Below, piece by piece: positions 35,725 to 46,083 of a DNA stretch of 64,000 nucleotides. Positions within the stretch are counted from its first letter, which is position 1. Each line of letters begins with the position of its first letter. Position numbers and translations under genes: made by a program. Location of the stretch: contig JAFVYL010000015.1 in assembly GCA_017508665.1 (NCBI GenBank), positions 4,421 to 68,420 on the forward strand. The letters run 5' to 3'. The notes beneath the pieces are model-generated. The model had not been told where the DNA came from. It ran no database searches and saw nothing but the letters and a program-made list of their open reading frames with translations. Source of the stretch: Clostridia bacterium (GTDB taxonomy: Bacteria > Bacillota > Clostridia > Oscillospirales > CAG-272).

Positions 35725-36072
35725 GTGAGTATCATGTCAATATTTAAAAAAATATTCGGAATAGGTAAGAATCCGGATAGCTATGCATATAGGCTTGAGC
35801 GTGCAAAGGAATTACATGGACAGGCGGTAAAGTATGTTACTGAGAGAAATGACGGTAATGATGATATAATCGGGCGTGGCGGTGCTCTTGCCATACACGA
35901 GGATAAGTTTATCGTTGATTCCTCCGGAGATCGCATTTTCGTATGCTACATCAAGGACCTTGAGGCAAGCTGGTTGATGAGCGGAAACGGCGCGGTTATC
36001 AGCGGACCAAATTTGCTCGAGGACGGGAAGATGAAAACTGTTACCGTTCATTTTGTTTATCATCGAAAATAA
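35725..36072 (+). CDS. hypothetical protein
   Basis: 115-aa ORF divergent from mraZ. I recognise no family. Start ambiguous (GTG at 35725 or ATG at 35734). Confidence 0.5.
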   Translation: MSIMSIFKKIFGIGKNPDSYAYRLERAKELHGQAVKYVTERNDGNDDIIGRGGALAIHEDKFIVDSSGDRIFVCYIKDLEASWLMSGNGAVISGPNLLEDGKMKTVTVHFVYHRK

Positions 36073-36091
36073 ACTTTAATCGGGGCATTGT

Positions 36092-37276
36092 ATGAATCAA
36101 TTTAAGACGTCAGCTATAATTCTCGCCGGAGGCTCCGGAAGTAGAATGAAGAGTGATAAAACTAAGCAGTTTATGAATATCCTTGGCAAAACGGTTATTG
36201 AAAGATCCGTTGCCGCCTTTGACGGAAGTGATCTTATTGATGAAATAATCGTTGTTGCGAAGCGTGATGAAAAGGATGCGATCGAAGCGCTTATCACAGC
36301 AGGAAAGTATCTTAAGCCGATCAAATTTTCAATCGGTGGAGCTTGTCGTGCAGAATCGGCCAAGAATGGCTTTATCGCGGTAGACTCAGAGTCTCGATTT
36401 GTAGCAATTCATGATGCGGCAAGATGTCTCATAACTTCAGAAATGATAGATAAAGTTGTCGAAAATGCACATAAAAACGGGGCAGCTACTGCAGTATGCG
36501 GTGTATCAGATACCGTTAAAATAGTTGGTGCAGATGGCAGGATCACATCCACCGTAGCGAGAGATACTGTATACAGAGCTCAGACACCGCAGGTCTTTTC
36601 TGCTGAACTGTACAAAAAAGCTCTTACAGAGTGTAAGGCTCTCGAAGATATTACAGATGATAATATGCTTTTAGAGAATATCGGCACTAATATCTATGCG
36701 GTTGATTTGGGACACACTAATATTAAGATTACTACACAGGATGATTTGATACTTGCAAGAAGTATCCTTATTGAAAGAGGGGAAGCCGGATTGGGAGAAT
36801 TTAGAATTGGACACGGCTATGATGTACACAAGCTTGTAGAGGGCCGTAAGTTAATACTTGGCGGAGTAGAAGTACCGCACAGTAAGGGGTTGTTCGGTCA
36901 TTCCGACGCCGATGTTTTGTTACACGCTATTATGGATTCGCTTCTCGGGGCAGCGGCACTTGGCGACATCGGAAGACATTTCCCCGATACTTCCGACGAA
37001 TATCTTGGAATTTCGAGCATGTATCTTTTAACCCGTGTGTCGGATCTGATACGTCAAAAGGGATTTACTGTCACTAATATCGATGCTACTCTCGTTTTGC
37101 AAAAGCCGAAGGTTGCACAGTATATTCCTAAAATGTTGTCAAATATTGCGTTTGCTCTCGGTATATCTGAGGATCGTGTTAATGTTAAAGCTACTACCGA
37201 GGAGCATCTTGGTTTTACAGGCAGAGAGGAGGGCGTAGCAGCACACTCCGTTGCTATGCTTACAGCCACTCACTAA
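36092..37276 (+). CDS. ispDF: bifunctional IspD/IspF (MEP cytidylyltransferase / MEcPP synthase)
   Basis: N-terminal [12 protein letters not shown] (IspD). C-terminal [11 protein letters not shown] ... [12 protein letters not shown] (IspF). Confidence 0.92.
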   Translation: MNQFKTSAIILAGGSGSRMKSDKTKQFMNILGKTVIERSVAAFDGSDLIDEIIVVAKRDEKDAIEALITAGKYLKPIKFSIGGACRAESAKNGFIAVDSESRFVAIHDAARCLITSEMIDKVVENAHKNGAATAVCGVSDTVKIVGADGRITSTVARDTVYRAQTPQVFSAELYKKALTECKALEDITDDNMLLENIGTNIYAVDLGHTNIKITTQDDLILARSILIERGEAGLGEFRIGHGYDVHKLVEGRKLILGGVEVPHSKGLFGHSDADVLLHAIMDSLLGAAALGDIGRHFPDTSDEYLGISSMYLLTRVSDLIRQKGFTVTNIDATLVLQKPKVAQYIPKMLSNIAFALGISEDRVNVKATTEEHLGFTGREEGVAAHSVAMLTATH

Positions 37277-37450
37277 TAAAAAAGGCTGTCGTGCATTATA
37301 CGGCAGCCCACAATAGTGATAACAACACCGAGCGTATGTTCACGTCTTTCTTTTTAATGTCGGCGAGTGCTGTTGTTCACTTAGTCTTCTATTATATAAT
37401 ATGTAGAATACATATTTTAGTTATTACAATACTAATTTACTGAGGTGTTT

Positions 37451-38095
37451 ATGATTAAAGTGTCTCCGTCTGTTCTTGCATGTGATCTTTCAAGACTTTT
37501 AGATGAGGTGAAAAGCATAGAAGCTGCAGGTGCGGATATGGTTCATCTTGATGTTATGGACGGAATGTTTGTAACCAATATTTCATTTGGACTTCCTGTT
37601 ATTGCATCACTGAGAAAAAATACCGATATGTTTTTTGATGTTCATCTTATGATCGACAGACCCGAAAGATACGTTGATAGATTTATTGAAGCGGGAGCGG
37701 ATCTTGTTACTTTCCATTATGAAGCTACCGATGACCCCGAATCAGTGCTGGACATTATTCATACTCGAGGAAAGAAAGCCGGTATTTCGGTTAAGCCGGG
37801 TACACCTGTAGAGGATATATATCCTTTTCTTAACAAATGCGACCTTGTACTTGTCATGACGGTAGAACCCGGATACGGTGGTCAAGCCTTTATCCCCGAG
37901 TCTCTCAAAAAGATAGAAAGCCTCAGACAGGAGATAGACAAAAGAGGTCTGGCAGTTGATATTCAAGTAGATGGCGGTATAAATGCAGAAACCGCAGAAA
38001 TGGTTAAAAATGTCGGAGCGAATAACTTGGTTGCGGGTAGCTATATTTTTAAATCGTCGGATCGAAAGAATGCGATAGACTTGATTAAAAAATAA
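37451..38095 (+). CDS. rpe: ribulose-phosphate 3-epimerase
   Basis: SPSVLACD, HLDVMDGMFV, MTVEPGYGGQ, VDGGIN. Confidence 0.92.
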   Translation: MIKVSPSVLACDLSRLLDEVKSIEAAGADMVHLDVMDGMFVTNISFGLPVIASLRKNTDMFFDVHLMIDRPERYVDRFIEAGADLVTFHYEATDDPESVLDIIHTRGKKAGISVKPGTPVEDIYPFLNKCDLVLVMTVEPGYGGQAFIPESLKKIESLRQEIDKRGLAVDIQVDGGINAETAEMVKNVGANNLVAGSYIFKSSDRKNAIDLIKK

Positions 38096-38135
38096 AAATT
38101 ACTAAGAAAATATATAGCAGAATATATAATTCGAA

Positions 38136-38170
38136 ACAAAAAACGGACTGAATAACAGTCCGTTTTTTTA
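38136..38170. terminator. bidirectional terminator between rpe and ruvB
   Basis: A-run, aacggactg-aataa-cagtccgtt, then a T-run. Confidence 0.8.
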
Positions 38171-38172
38171 CT

Positions 38173-39252
38173 TTAATTATCGATTTCAAATCCTTCTTGA
38201 CCGGGTACCTGTTTGGTCTGCGGTGAGGTCGAAAAAGGTATTCCGAGATGATCGTATGCGAGCTTTGTCGCGCATCTTCCGCGAGGTGTTCTTGCGAGAA
38301 AACCAATCTGCATAAGATAAGGCTCATATACGTCTTCTATTGTTATGGGTTCTTCTCCGATGGTTGCCGCGAGAGTATCAAGTCCTACAGGACCGCCGGC
38401 ATAATACTTGATAATAGCTTCAAGCATCTTTCTGTCGGTGTTGTCTAGCCCGAGATCGTCTATTTCAAGAGATGTGAGGGCAGTAGTAGCTATTTCTGAG
38501 GTTATAGTTCCGTTGCCGATGACGAGTGCAAAGTCGCGCACACGCTTGAGAAGTCGGTTTGCTATACGTGGAGTACCGCGCGAACGTGATGCGATAGCCT
38601 TAGCTCCATCGTCGGTAATGTTTATCTCAAGTATTCCCGCTGAACGTTTTACTATAGCCGCCAGCTCTTCTGTGGTATACAGCTCGAGCTTAAGGAGTAC
38701 GCCAAATCTGTCACGAAGCGGCGAGGTTAACTGTCCCGCACGGGTAGTTGCTCCTATAAGAGTAAACTTAGGTATAGGCAGTCTGATCGATCTGGCGCTC
38801 GGGCCTTTTCCGATAATTATGTCGAGCGCGTAATCTTCCATTGCGGGGTACAGGATTTCCTCTACTGCACGCGAAAGTCTGTGTATCTCGTCGATGAATA
38901 GCACGTCTCCTTCGGATAGGTTGGTGAGTATAGCAGCAAGATCTCCTTGCTTTTCTATTGCAGGGCCTGAGGTGGTTCTTATATTAACGCCCATTTCATT
39001 GGCAATAATGGAGGATAGTGTTGTTTTACCGAGACCGGGAGGACCGTAGAGAAGAACGTGATCAAGTGCTTCACCGCGGATTTTCGCGCTCTGTATATAT
39101 ACTCTTAAGTTGGATTTTGCCTTTTCCTGTCCCACGTAATCGTCGAGAGTTTTCGGGCGAAGGTTGTTCTCAACCTCAGCATCCTGGACGGAGTCATACT
39201 CGTTGGAAACTATTCGGTTTTCAAAGTCGAATTCATTGATTTCTTCAAGCAT
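38173..39252 (-). CDS. ruvB: Holliday junction branch migration ATPase RuvB
   Basis: [36 protein letters not shown]. Confidence 0.95.
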   Translation of the reverse strand: MLEEINEFDFENRIVSNEYDSVQDAEVENNLRPKTLDDYVGQEKAKSNLRVYIQSAKIRGEALDHVLLYGPPGLGKTTLSSIIANEMGVNIRTTSGPAIEKQGDLAAILTNLSEGDVLFIDEIHRLSRAVEEILYPAMEDYALDIIIGKGPSARSIRLPIPKFTLIGATTRAGQLTSPLRDRFGVLLKLELYTTEELAAIVKRSAGILEINITDDGAKAIASRSRGTPRIANRLLKRVRDFALVIGNGTITSEIATTALTSLEIDDLGLDNTDRKMLEAIIKYYAGGPVGLDTLAATIGEEPITIEDVYEPYLMQIGFLARTPRGRCATKLAYDHLGIPFSTSPQTKQVPGQEGFEIDN

Positions 39253-39269
39253 TTTTCTATCCTTTCATA

Positions 39270-39884
39270 TTATCTCGCGAGCTTTTTAAGAGCGGCTTTG
39301 ATAATCATGCCCACATCGAGCGTTGGATCTATTCCGCTAAGGGCTTTGAGAACCGAGCTCTTATCATATCCAAGTACAACGAGTGCCTCAGTAGCCTCAG
39401 CAAGATTTCCGGTAGCGATATGCGGTGCACTGCCGACACTTCCGATATCCTTGGTAGATGCGGATGAAAGTGGCATTTCCTTCGCAATCTTATCCTTGAG
39501 CTCAAGGACTATTCTTGCGGCTGTTTTTGCACCTATATTGGGAGCTTTTGAGATACCCTTGATATCTTCGGTGCATACAGCCATAGCAAGTCTGTCGGGA
39601 GTCATAACAGAGAGAATACTCATAGCAGCCTTAGGACCAACACCGCTGACGCCTGTGAGCAGGTTAAACGCGTGTCTTTCTTCGTTAGAACCAAAGCCGA
39701 ACATTTCTACACCGTCCTCACGAACAGCAAGGTAAGTATAAAGCTTAACCTTCTGTCCGAGCTTGGAAGCAAGTGACTCCGATGTAATCATACTGACGGT
39801 GAGTTTATATCCGACTCCTCCACAGTCAATTACGCATGTATTGATGTCGCGGAGAGCGAGCTCTCCGTTAAGATAATAAAACAT
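39270..39884 (-). CDS. ruvA: Holliday junction DNA-binding protein RuvA
   Basis: MFYYLNGEL...VGYKL N-terminal OB region, the HhH region GVSGVGPKAAMSIL, and adjacency to ruvB. Confidence 0.9.
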   Translation of the reverse strand: MFYYLNGELALRDINTCVIDCGGVGYKLTVSMITSESLASKLGQKVKLYTYLAVREDGVEMFGFGSNEERHAFNLLTGVSGVGPKAAMSILSVMTPDRLAMAVCTEDIKGISKAPNIGAKTAARIVLELKDKIAKEMPLSSASTKDIGSVGSAPHIATGNLAEATEALVVLGYDKSSVLKALSGIDPTLDVGMIIKAALKKLAR

Positions 39885-39901
39885 AGTTGCCTCGTAGTAG
39901 T

Positions 39902-40099
39902 TTATTTTGATGTTACAATGACCTTTTTGATCATTTTCTCGAGAGATTCTCTGGATAGGGTCAAGTCACGTCCGCATCCGTCACAAATAATTCTTACATC
40001 CGATCCGCATCTTGCAACTGTAAAGATATCTGTGCCGCAAGGATGCTTTTTCTTCATGCAAATCTTATCCTTTACCTCAAAGCGAATAATATCCGACAT
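39902..40099 (-). CDS. DUF951-family small zinc-ribbon protein
   Basis: 65 aa: KKKHPCGTDIFTVARCGSDVRIICDGCGRDLTL. Confidence 0.65.
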   Translation of the reverse strand: MSDIIRFEVKDKICMKKKHPCGTDIFTVARCGSDVRIICDGCGRDLTLSRESLEKMIKKVIVTSK

Positions 40100-40114
40100 A
40101 TCATTTCCTCATTA

Positions 40115-41806
40115 TCAGTATACCATAAAGTCCGGTTCTGTCGCAAATCCGGATTCGCATACTATTTTTATTTGGTATGAGGTTTCAATAGGACTATCAA
40201 GCTTTAAAGTAACTCTGTAATCTTGTGAATATCCCGAGCCGATCGAGTAAAACTTAGAACCGTCGAATGCTAAGAAATCGTATTTTCCCCAAAGTGAACT
40301 GAGGAAGGATACTGTATCAAACGGGAAGATTCCTCCAAAATTGATAATAGCTTCTTTCCTATCATCTGAGATAGTGATATTAGCACTAGTATTAGTCGCA
40401 AGATTCTCTCTTGTCATGGACGCTGTAGGATCTGACTTGTTTTCTTCGTAGTAGTGAAGGGCAAGATGTCTTAGAGTGAGCGGAGCGCATATTCCCTCAA
40501 GAGTGAGTCTCAGATGCTTATATGAGCACTCCTTGAAGCGCGTCGCTTTAAGATAACCGACGGAAGTTCCTTCGGATATTAGAACAAGGTTTTCACCGTC
40601 TATAGCTTCCAGCTTGAATGATGTAATTCTTTCACCAAGCTCTACCTTTTCACCTAACATCAGAACATTGTATACACATTCATCATCAAGAGAAATATCT
40701 ATTACTGCCTCGTTTTTTTCTTTGTTTGTAGCGAAAAACAAGTTGCTATCTGAGAAAACGGTGTTGTATATTTCGGTATCTTTACAATAGGTGCTGTCAG
40801 CGGAAAGCTGAGCGTTATCAACGAAGTTAACAGAAAGCATTTTGTTGATTCTTCTGTTCGATTCTACAGCGTTGCGTATATCCTTATCTACTATCCTGCC
40901 GCGCCTGTCGGGCGGGAAGTTAAGAAGCAACATCGCATTTCTTCCTATCGATTTGAACCAGATATCGTCGAGTGCGTAAGAGCTTTTTACTTTGCTGTCC
41001 TGCTCCTCGTGGTAGAACCAGCCCGGACGGATAGATACGTCTACTTCCGCAGGGACGTACATATTTCCGCCGATGATACCGCGGTTTATATCCTCAACAA
41101 TCTCGTTTCGTATCATATCGTAATTGATAGATGCATAATGAGTTGTTCCGGCATATCCCGCTTCATTACCAACCCATCTCTGTTCTGCATAAGCAGCCGC
41201 TCCCATAGAAGCAAAAATAACAGCATTGGGCTGATACTTTCTTACGGTGTAGGCCCAGAGACCGTAGTCATACGCGGCGTTGCTGCTGCCGGCTCCGTCC
41301 CACCATATCTCATCAATTTCACCATATTGGGTAAGTATTTCTGTAAGTTGATTTACATAGTAATTTGTGTATTCGGGAGTTCCCCAGTTGGGAGCGTTTC
41401 TATCCCAAGGTGATACGTAAATTCCGATCTTGAGTCCGTATTCGCGGCAGGCATCTGTAAACTCTTTTACAATATCTCCTTCGCCGTTCTTATAAGGACT
41501 GTTTTTAATTGAATGTTCGGTATATTTTGAAGGCCAGAGGCAAAATCCGTCGTGATGTTTGGCTGTAAGGATAGCCATTTTAAATCCCGCTGATTTAACA
41601 TCGCGGATCCAACTTCTGACGTCTGTATCCGTAGGATTAAAAATAGAAGTGCATTCTTTACCGTCGCCCCATTCGACATTTGTGAAGGTGTTAACGCCAA
41701 AGTGGAAAAATGCTTTTTTACCGATTTCATACATTTTCAGTTGGCGATCGTTTGGTGTTGCACCGAAGGGCTTGATACCATAGAAATTGTTTACCATTTC
41801 AGTCAC
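40115..41806 (-). CDS. GH29 alpha-L-fucosidase, no signal peptide
   Basis: FFHFGVNTF, AGFKMAILTAKHHDGFCLWPSKYT, GIYVSPWD, EIWWDGAG. Confidence 0.85.
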   Translation of the reverse strand: MTEMVNNFYGIKPFGATPNDRQLKMYEIGKKAFFHFGVNTFTNVEWGDGKECTSIFNPTDTDVRSWIRDVKSAGFKMAILTAKHHDGFCLWPSKYTEHSIKNSPYKNGEGDIVKEFTDACREYGLKIGIYVSPWDRNAPNWGTPEYTNYYVNQLTEILTQYGEIDEIWWDGAGSSNAAYDYGLWAYTVRKYQPNAVIFASMGAAAYAEQRWVGNEAGYAGTTHYASINYDMIRNEIVEDINRGIIGGNMYVPAEVDVSIRPGWFYHEEQDSKVKSSYALDDIWFKSIGRNAMLLLNFPPDRRGRIVDKDIRNAVESNRRINKMLSVNFVDNAQLSADSTYCKDTEIYNTVFSDSNLFFATNKEKNEAVIDISLDDECVYNVLMLGEKVELGERITSFKLEAIDGENLVLISEGTSVGYLKATRFKECSYKHLRLTLEGICAPLTLRHLALHYYEENKSDPTASMTRENLATNTSANITISDDRKEAIINFGGIFPFDTVSFLSSLWGKYDFLAFDGSKFYSIGSGYSQDYRVTLKLDSPIETSYQIKIVCESGFATEPDFMVY

Positions 41807-42260
41807 CGTCGCTATAAAGCGATTTATAACCTTTCTTGACAGGCTTTTTTGCTGCTTTTGTCTTTTTTATAAGCTGATTGTCAAAATGATCTATGAGCTT
41901 TCTTGTAAAATGAACGATTGTCCAAATTAAGAAATACAGGAAAGTGTAGATTATGAGTGCGATAAATATTACGGATGATTTTTGTGTTGAAATTTTGCCG
42001 AGAATGACAAAAATAACGCAGAATGCGATAAAGAGAACACCGTAATGTATAAGGCATTTGAATAAAGTTTTGATCTTGAACTGTTCGTACATAAATTCCG
42101 CAAGTGAAATTACCAGTCCAAACAAAAGTATCAGTAAGAACTGCTTTGGAGCAACTTCGGGCGGTATGAATTTGAACATTGCTGCAAAAGCGTAGAATAG
42201 TGTAAGTATAAGTATGGCATATCCGCAGCCGGAGAGAAATATTTTATGTATCCTTCTCAT
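41799..42260 (-). CDS. hypothetical 4-TM membrane protein with a basic C-terminal tail
   Basis: 153 aa with four hydrophobic segments. Overlaps the fucosidase start by 8 nt. Confidence 0.55.
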   Translation of the reverse strand: MRRIHKIFLSGCGYAILILTLFYAFAAMFKFIPPEVAPKQFLLILLFGLVISLAEFMYEQFKIKTLFKCLIHYGVLFIAFCVIFVILGKISTQKSSVIFIALIIYTFLYFLIWTIVHFTRKLIDHFDNQLIKKTKAAKKPVKKGYKSLYSDGD

Positions 42261-42457
42261 CGTGCAATCTCCTAATTGGGCATAATATACACAAATATTT
42301 TATCACAGACTCTTGCTTTTTTCAAGATTAAAAGTGCATTTTGTAGAAAAAACTTTCAAAGAATTGTACTTTTGTTCAGGTTTGTCCATTTGCACCGAGA
42401 AAAAGTGAATAATATGAATAAAAATTCAAAAAAAGCATTCTGAAACTCAAAAAACGG

Positions 42458-42486
42458 TTGACAAAAAAATATATAAAATGTATAAT
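42458..42486 (+). promoter_or_regulatory. promoter of the nusB operon (TTGACA-17-TATAAT)
   Basis: TTGACA at 42458-42463, a 17-nt spacer, TATAAT at 42481-42486, with TG directly upstream. Confidence 0.6.
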
Positions 42487-42522
42487 ATAAAATACGAGAA
42501 ATTTTATTTACGAGGATTTTTT

Positions 42523-42927
42523 ATGAACAGAAAGACAGCAAGAGAAAACGCATTCATACTTTTGTTTGAAAAGACTATCAAGGAAGATGAGACCTTTGAA
42601 GAAATATTTCTCAAGGCTACCTGTGAAAGAGCACTTGAGACTGATGAGTATGTTAAAAAGGTGTTCTTTGGAAATGCGGAAAACGAGCGCATCGTAGATA
42701 TGAAGATAGATGAGTGTCTCGTAGGATGGAAGAAGGAAAGAGTTTCTTACGTCGCTAAAGCTGTTTTAAAGCTTGCTACGTATGAGCTTATGTTTATGGA
42801 GGATATTCCTACCAAGGTTTCCATCAATGAGGCGGTTGAGCTTTCTAAAAAATATGACGATGATAAGGCGTACGTTTTTGTAAACGGTGTTCTTAATAAG
42901 ATTGCTGAAAGCCTTGGCAGAAAATGA
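42523..42927 (+). CDS. nusB: transcription antitermination factor NusB
   Basis: MNRKTARENAFILLFE... and the C-terminal NEAVELSKKY...FVNGVLNKI. ATG at 42523 is preferred over the ORF-track start at 42478, which overlaps the -10. Confidence 0.88.
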   Translation: MNRKTARENAFILLFEKTIKEDETFEEIFLKATCERALETDEYVKKVFFGNAENERIVDMKIDECLVGWKKERVSYVAKAVLKLATYELMFMEDIPTKVSINEAVELSKKYDDDKAYVFVNGVLNKIAESLGRK

Positions 42928-43871
42928 ATGATAGAAGAATAATACTCGGCATCGATACAAGTAACTATACTACCTCGGTAGCTTTACTGTACGATGACGG
43001 TGAATTGATAGCAAATATAAAAAGACCTTTGCCGGTAAATTCGGGTGAGCGCGGCCTTAGACAATCCGAGGCTGTATTCGCGCATGTGAAGAATATCCCG
43101 TCCGCTATGCAGGAGGCACGCGTATTGCTTGACGGCAGAGTTCCTGTCGCGGTGGGCGTTAGCGAAAAACCGCGTAACGTTGACGGATCTTATATGCCGT
43201 GCTTTTTATCCGGAGTTGCGGTTGCGGAGAGTATATCGGCTTCACTCGGCATACCGCTCTATAAGTTTTCACATCAATGCGGACATATTATGGCTGCATT
43301 GTATTCCTCGAAGTCGGAGAGCCTTATGAACGGCAGATTTGCTGCATTTCACGTCTCGGGAGGCACAACGGAGTTGCTGATTGTCGACGGGGACTTGCAC
43401 GGCTTCCGCGCAGAAAAGGTTGGAGGTACTAAGGATCTTAACGCGGGCCAGATTATTGACCGCATAGGAGTATTCCTTGGTATGCCTTTTCCCGCAGGTC
43501 CACATCTTGAACGCGCAGCGCTTGCCTACGAAGGTAAAATACCTTCTAAAAAGGTATCAGTCAGCGGTACGTATGCCAATCTCTCGGGACTTGAGAATAT
43601 TGCATATAAAATTTACGAAGAAAGCGGCGATAAGAATAAGACCGCAGCGTTTGTTTTTGAGTACATAGGCAATTCTATAGCTCGGATGTGCGAAAACCTG
43701 ATGGATGAACAGGGAAGTATGCCTATTGTATTTGCCGGCGGAGTAATGTGTAATTCGATAATTAAGGCGAAGATTGAAGAAAAATTTGATGCAAGATTTG
43801 CCGATCCGATGTTATCTGCCGATAATGCCGTAGGCATTGCTGAGCTTACACGACTTATACATACAAAATAA
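42924..43871 (+). CDS. Kae1/TsaD-family (peptidase M22 fold) protein
   Basis: ILGIDTSNYTTSVAL, HQCGHI, FHVSGGTTELL, AGQIIDRIG..GMPFPAGP. ATGA overlap with nusB. Confidence 0.7.
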   Translation: MNDRRIILGIDTSNYTTSVALLYDDGELIANIKRPLPVNSGERGLRQSEAVFAHVKNIPSAMQEARVLLDGRVPVAVGVSEKPRNVDGSYMPCFLSGVAVAESISASLGIPLYKFSHQCGHIMAALYSSKSESLMNGRFAAFHVSGGTTELLIVDGDLHGFRAEKVGGTKDLNAGQIIDRIGVFLGMPFPAGPHLERAALAYEGKIPSKKVSVSGTYANLSGLENIAYKIYEESGDKNKTAAFVFEYIGNSIARMCENLMDEQGSMPIVFAGGVMCNSIIKAKIEEKFDARFADPMLSADNAVGIAELTRLIHTK

Positions 43872-43889
43872 CTTTTACAAGGAGGCGAT

Positions 43890-45131
43890 ATGGATATCTC
43901 TATGCTTAGAGAAAGAAACGATGCCATAATGACGGTATCGGAACTTAACAATTTTATAAAGAGCATGTTTGACAATAATCGCCTGCTTAGTTCTGTGTAC
44001 GTTAAAGGAGAGATATCCAACTTTGTAAGCCATAGAAGCGGACATTTTTACTTTTCACTTAAAGATCCCGAAGGGCAGATCAAGGCTGTAATGTTTCGTT
44101 CGTCCGCTATGAAGGTTAAGTTCGTTCCGGAAAACGGAATGAAGGTTACCGTGTTCGGTTCGATATCTGTATTTCCTCGTGACGGTGTATATCAAATGTA
44201 CGTTACGTCCATTCAGCCCGACGGAATAGGAGCTTTATATCTCGCATACGAGCAGCTTAAAGCCAAACTCGATTCCGAGGGGTTATTTAGTGATGAATTC
44301 AAGAAGCCATTGCCGCGGTTTCCGCATAAGATAGGAGTGATCACCTCACCGACAGGGGCGGCGGTAAGAGATATAATCAATGTCATAGGCAGGAGATATC
44401 CGTTAGCAACCGTGTACGTATATCCTGCGCTTGTGCAAGGTGATGGGGCTGCAAAAAGCTTGATTGACGCTATTGATTATTTTGATAAAAGCAATCTTGT
44501 CGATACCGTAATCATAGGTAGAGGTGGAGGTTCTATTGAGGATTTATGGGAATTCAATAATGAAGAGCTCGCAAGACGTATATTTGCATGCTCTGTTCCC
44601 GTAATATCAGCTGTTGGACATGAGACTGACTTTACCATATGCGATTTTGTTTCCGATATGAGAGCGCCTACTCCTTCGGCAGCCGCAGAACTTGCCGTTC
44701 CGGATATTAGAGAGCTTGCCGTTGCCGTTGATATTTTGTCAGAGCGTTCCGACCGAGCATTGATAAGGGCTTCGGAACGAGCCAGAGAGCGTCTCGACAG
44801 ATTGCGTGATAGCAGGGCACTTAGAGATTTTACAACTGTATTAGGTTCTAAATCGGATAGACTGTTTGAGCTATTCAAAGCAGCCACCTCGGCATATCAG
44901 AAAGAAATATCCGACAGGAAACTTTCTTTTGTTTCGAATGTCGCAAAGATTGAGGCTTTGAGTCCGCTATCCGTAATATCACGCGGATATTCGGTAGCTC
45001 AAAAGAATAATAAGACCATTTCCTCTATTTTCGAGGTGGACACAGGAGATATTATAACGGTTCGGCTTAGTGACGGCAGTATTAAAGCTGAGGTTAAGGA
45101 TAAATCGTCATCTAATGGAGAATTAAAATGA
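43890..45131 (+). CDS. xseA: exodeoxyribonuclease VII large subunit
   Basis: TVSELNNFIKSMF, GEISNF..HRSGHFYFSLKD, VIIGRGGGSIEDLW. Confidence 0.92.
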   Translation: MDISMLRERNDAIMTVSELNNFIKSMFDNNRLLSSVYVKGEISNFVSHRSGHFYFSLKDPEGQIKAVMFRSSAMKVKFVPENGMKVTVFGSISVFPRDGVYQMYVTSIQPDGIGALYLAYEQLKAKLDSEGLFSDEFKKPLPRFPHKIGVITSPTGAAVRDIINVIGRRYPLATVYVYPALVQGDGAAKSLIDAIDYFDKSNLVDTVIIGRGGGSIEDLWEFNNEELARRIFACSVPVISAVGHETDFTICDFVSDMRAPTPSAAAELAVPDIRELAVAVDILSERSDRALIRASERARERLDRLRDSRALRDFTTVLGSKSDRLFELFKAATSAYQKEISDRKLSFVSNVAKIEALSPLSVISRGYSVAQKNNKTISSIFEVDTGDIITVRLSDGSIKAEVKDKSSSNGELK

Positions 45132-45361
45132 GCAAAATGATAAAGTTTGAAGAAGCAATGACCAAACTCGAGGAGGCAGTAAGGCTTCTGGAAAGCGGAA
45201 ATCTTACTCTCGATGATAGTATAGAAAAGTATGAAGATGCTTTGAAATATGTTAAGATATGCAGTGAAATGCTGGAAAATGCTGAGCAGAAAGTGAGAAT
45301 CCTTACTGAAAACGCAGACGGCTGTATCAGCGATAAACCTTTTATTCAAAATGAGAATTGA
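45128..45361 (+). CDS. xseB: exodeoxyribonuclease VII small subunit
   Basis: 77 aa: FEEAMTKLEEAVRLLESGNLTLDDSIEKYEDA. ATGA overlap with xseA. Confidence 0.9.
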   Translation: MSKMIKFEEAMTKLEEAVRLLESGNLTLDDSIEKYEDALKYVKICSEMLENAEQKVRILTENADGCISDKPFIQNEN

Positions 45362-46073
45362 CGTATATCTTTGCAATAACGGTCTTGTATCCAGCCGTAC
45401 AGAGGCAAAAAGTTTTATTGACGAGGGCGCAGTCACAGTTAATGGTAAATTGGTCAAGAAGGCTTCGTATGACGTTGATGGAAGCGAAGAAATATCGGTT
45501 GATAAGACTGTCAAGGAATTTGTTAGCCGCGGCGGAATAAAGCTGAAAGGCGCACTTTTAGAATTCGGTGTCAATGTTAAGGATAGATTATGCATTGACA
45601 TAGGTGCATCCAGCGGAGGATTTACAGATTGCTTATTGCAGTTTGGAGCAAAGCACGTCATAGCGGTGGATTCGGGAAGCGGTCAGCTCATGGAATCGAT
45701 CAGGCTCGACAGCCGAGTGACCTCCATTGAGAACTACAATGCAAGGTATATGAAGTCGGATGACCTTGAATATGCTCCCGATTTGGCTGTTATGGACGTT
45801 TCATTCATTTCGGCAACATATATCATTCCTGCGGTATTCGACATTTTGTCGGAGGGTGGAGAATTTGTTTGCCTGATTAAACCGCAGTTTGAGGTAGGAC
45901 GCTCGGGCCTTGGCAAGGGTGGAATTGTAAAAGACTCCAAGGTCAGAGATGCTGCTGTCAAAAAAGTGATTGATTTCGCAAAAGAAGTTGGCTTTGATGT
46001 CAAGAGAACCGTGCAGTCATCTATAAAGGGCGGCGACGGTAATATAGAATTTTTAGCGCATTTCGTAAAATGA
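45351..46073 (+). CDS. tlyA: TlyA-family rRNA 2'-O-methyltransferase
   Basis: S4-like N-terminus MRIDVYL..GLVSSRTEAKSFI..G.V.VNG, then SRGGIKL and DIGASSGGFTD. Confidence 0.88.
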   Translation: MRIDVYLCNNGLVSSRTEAKSFIDEGAVTVNGKLVKKASYDVDGSEEISVDKTVKEFVSRGGIKLKGALLEFGVNVKDRLCIDIGASSGGFTDCLLQFGAKHVIAVDSGSGQLMESIRLDSRVTSIENYNARYMKSDDLEYAPDLAVMDVSFISATYIIPAVFDILSEGGEFVCLIKPQFEVGRSGLGKGGIVKDSKVRDAAVKKVIDFAKEVGFDVKRTVQSSIKGGDGNIEFLAHFVK

Positions 46074-46083
46074 GGGTGTGTGG

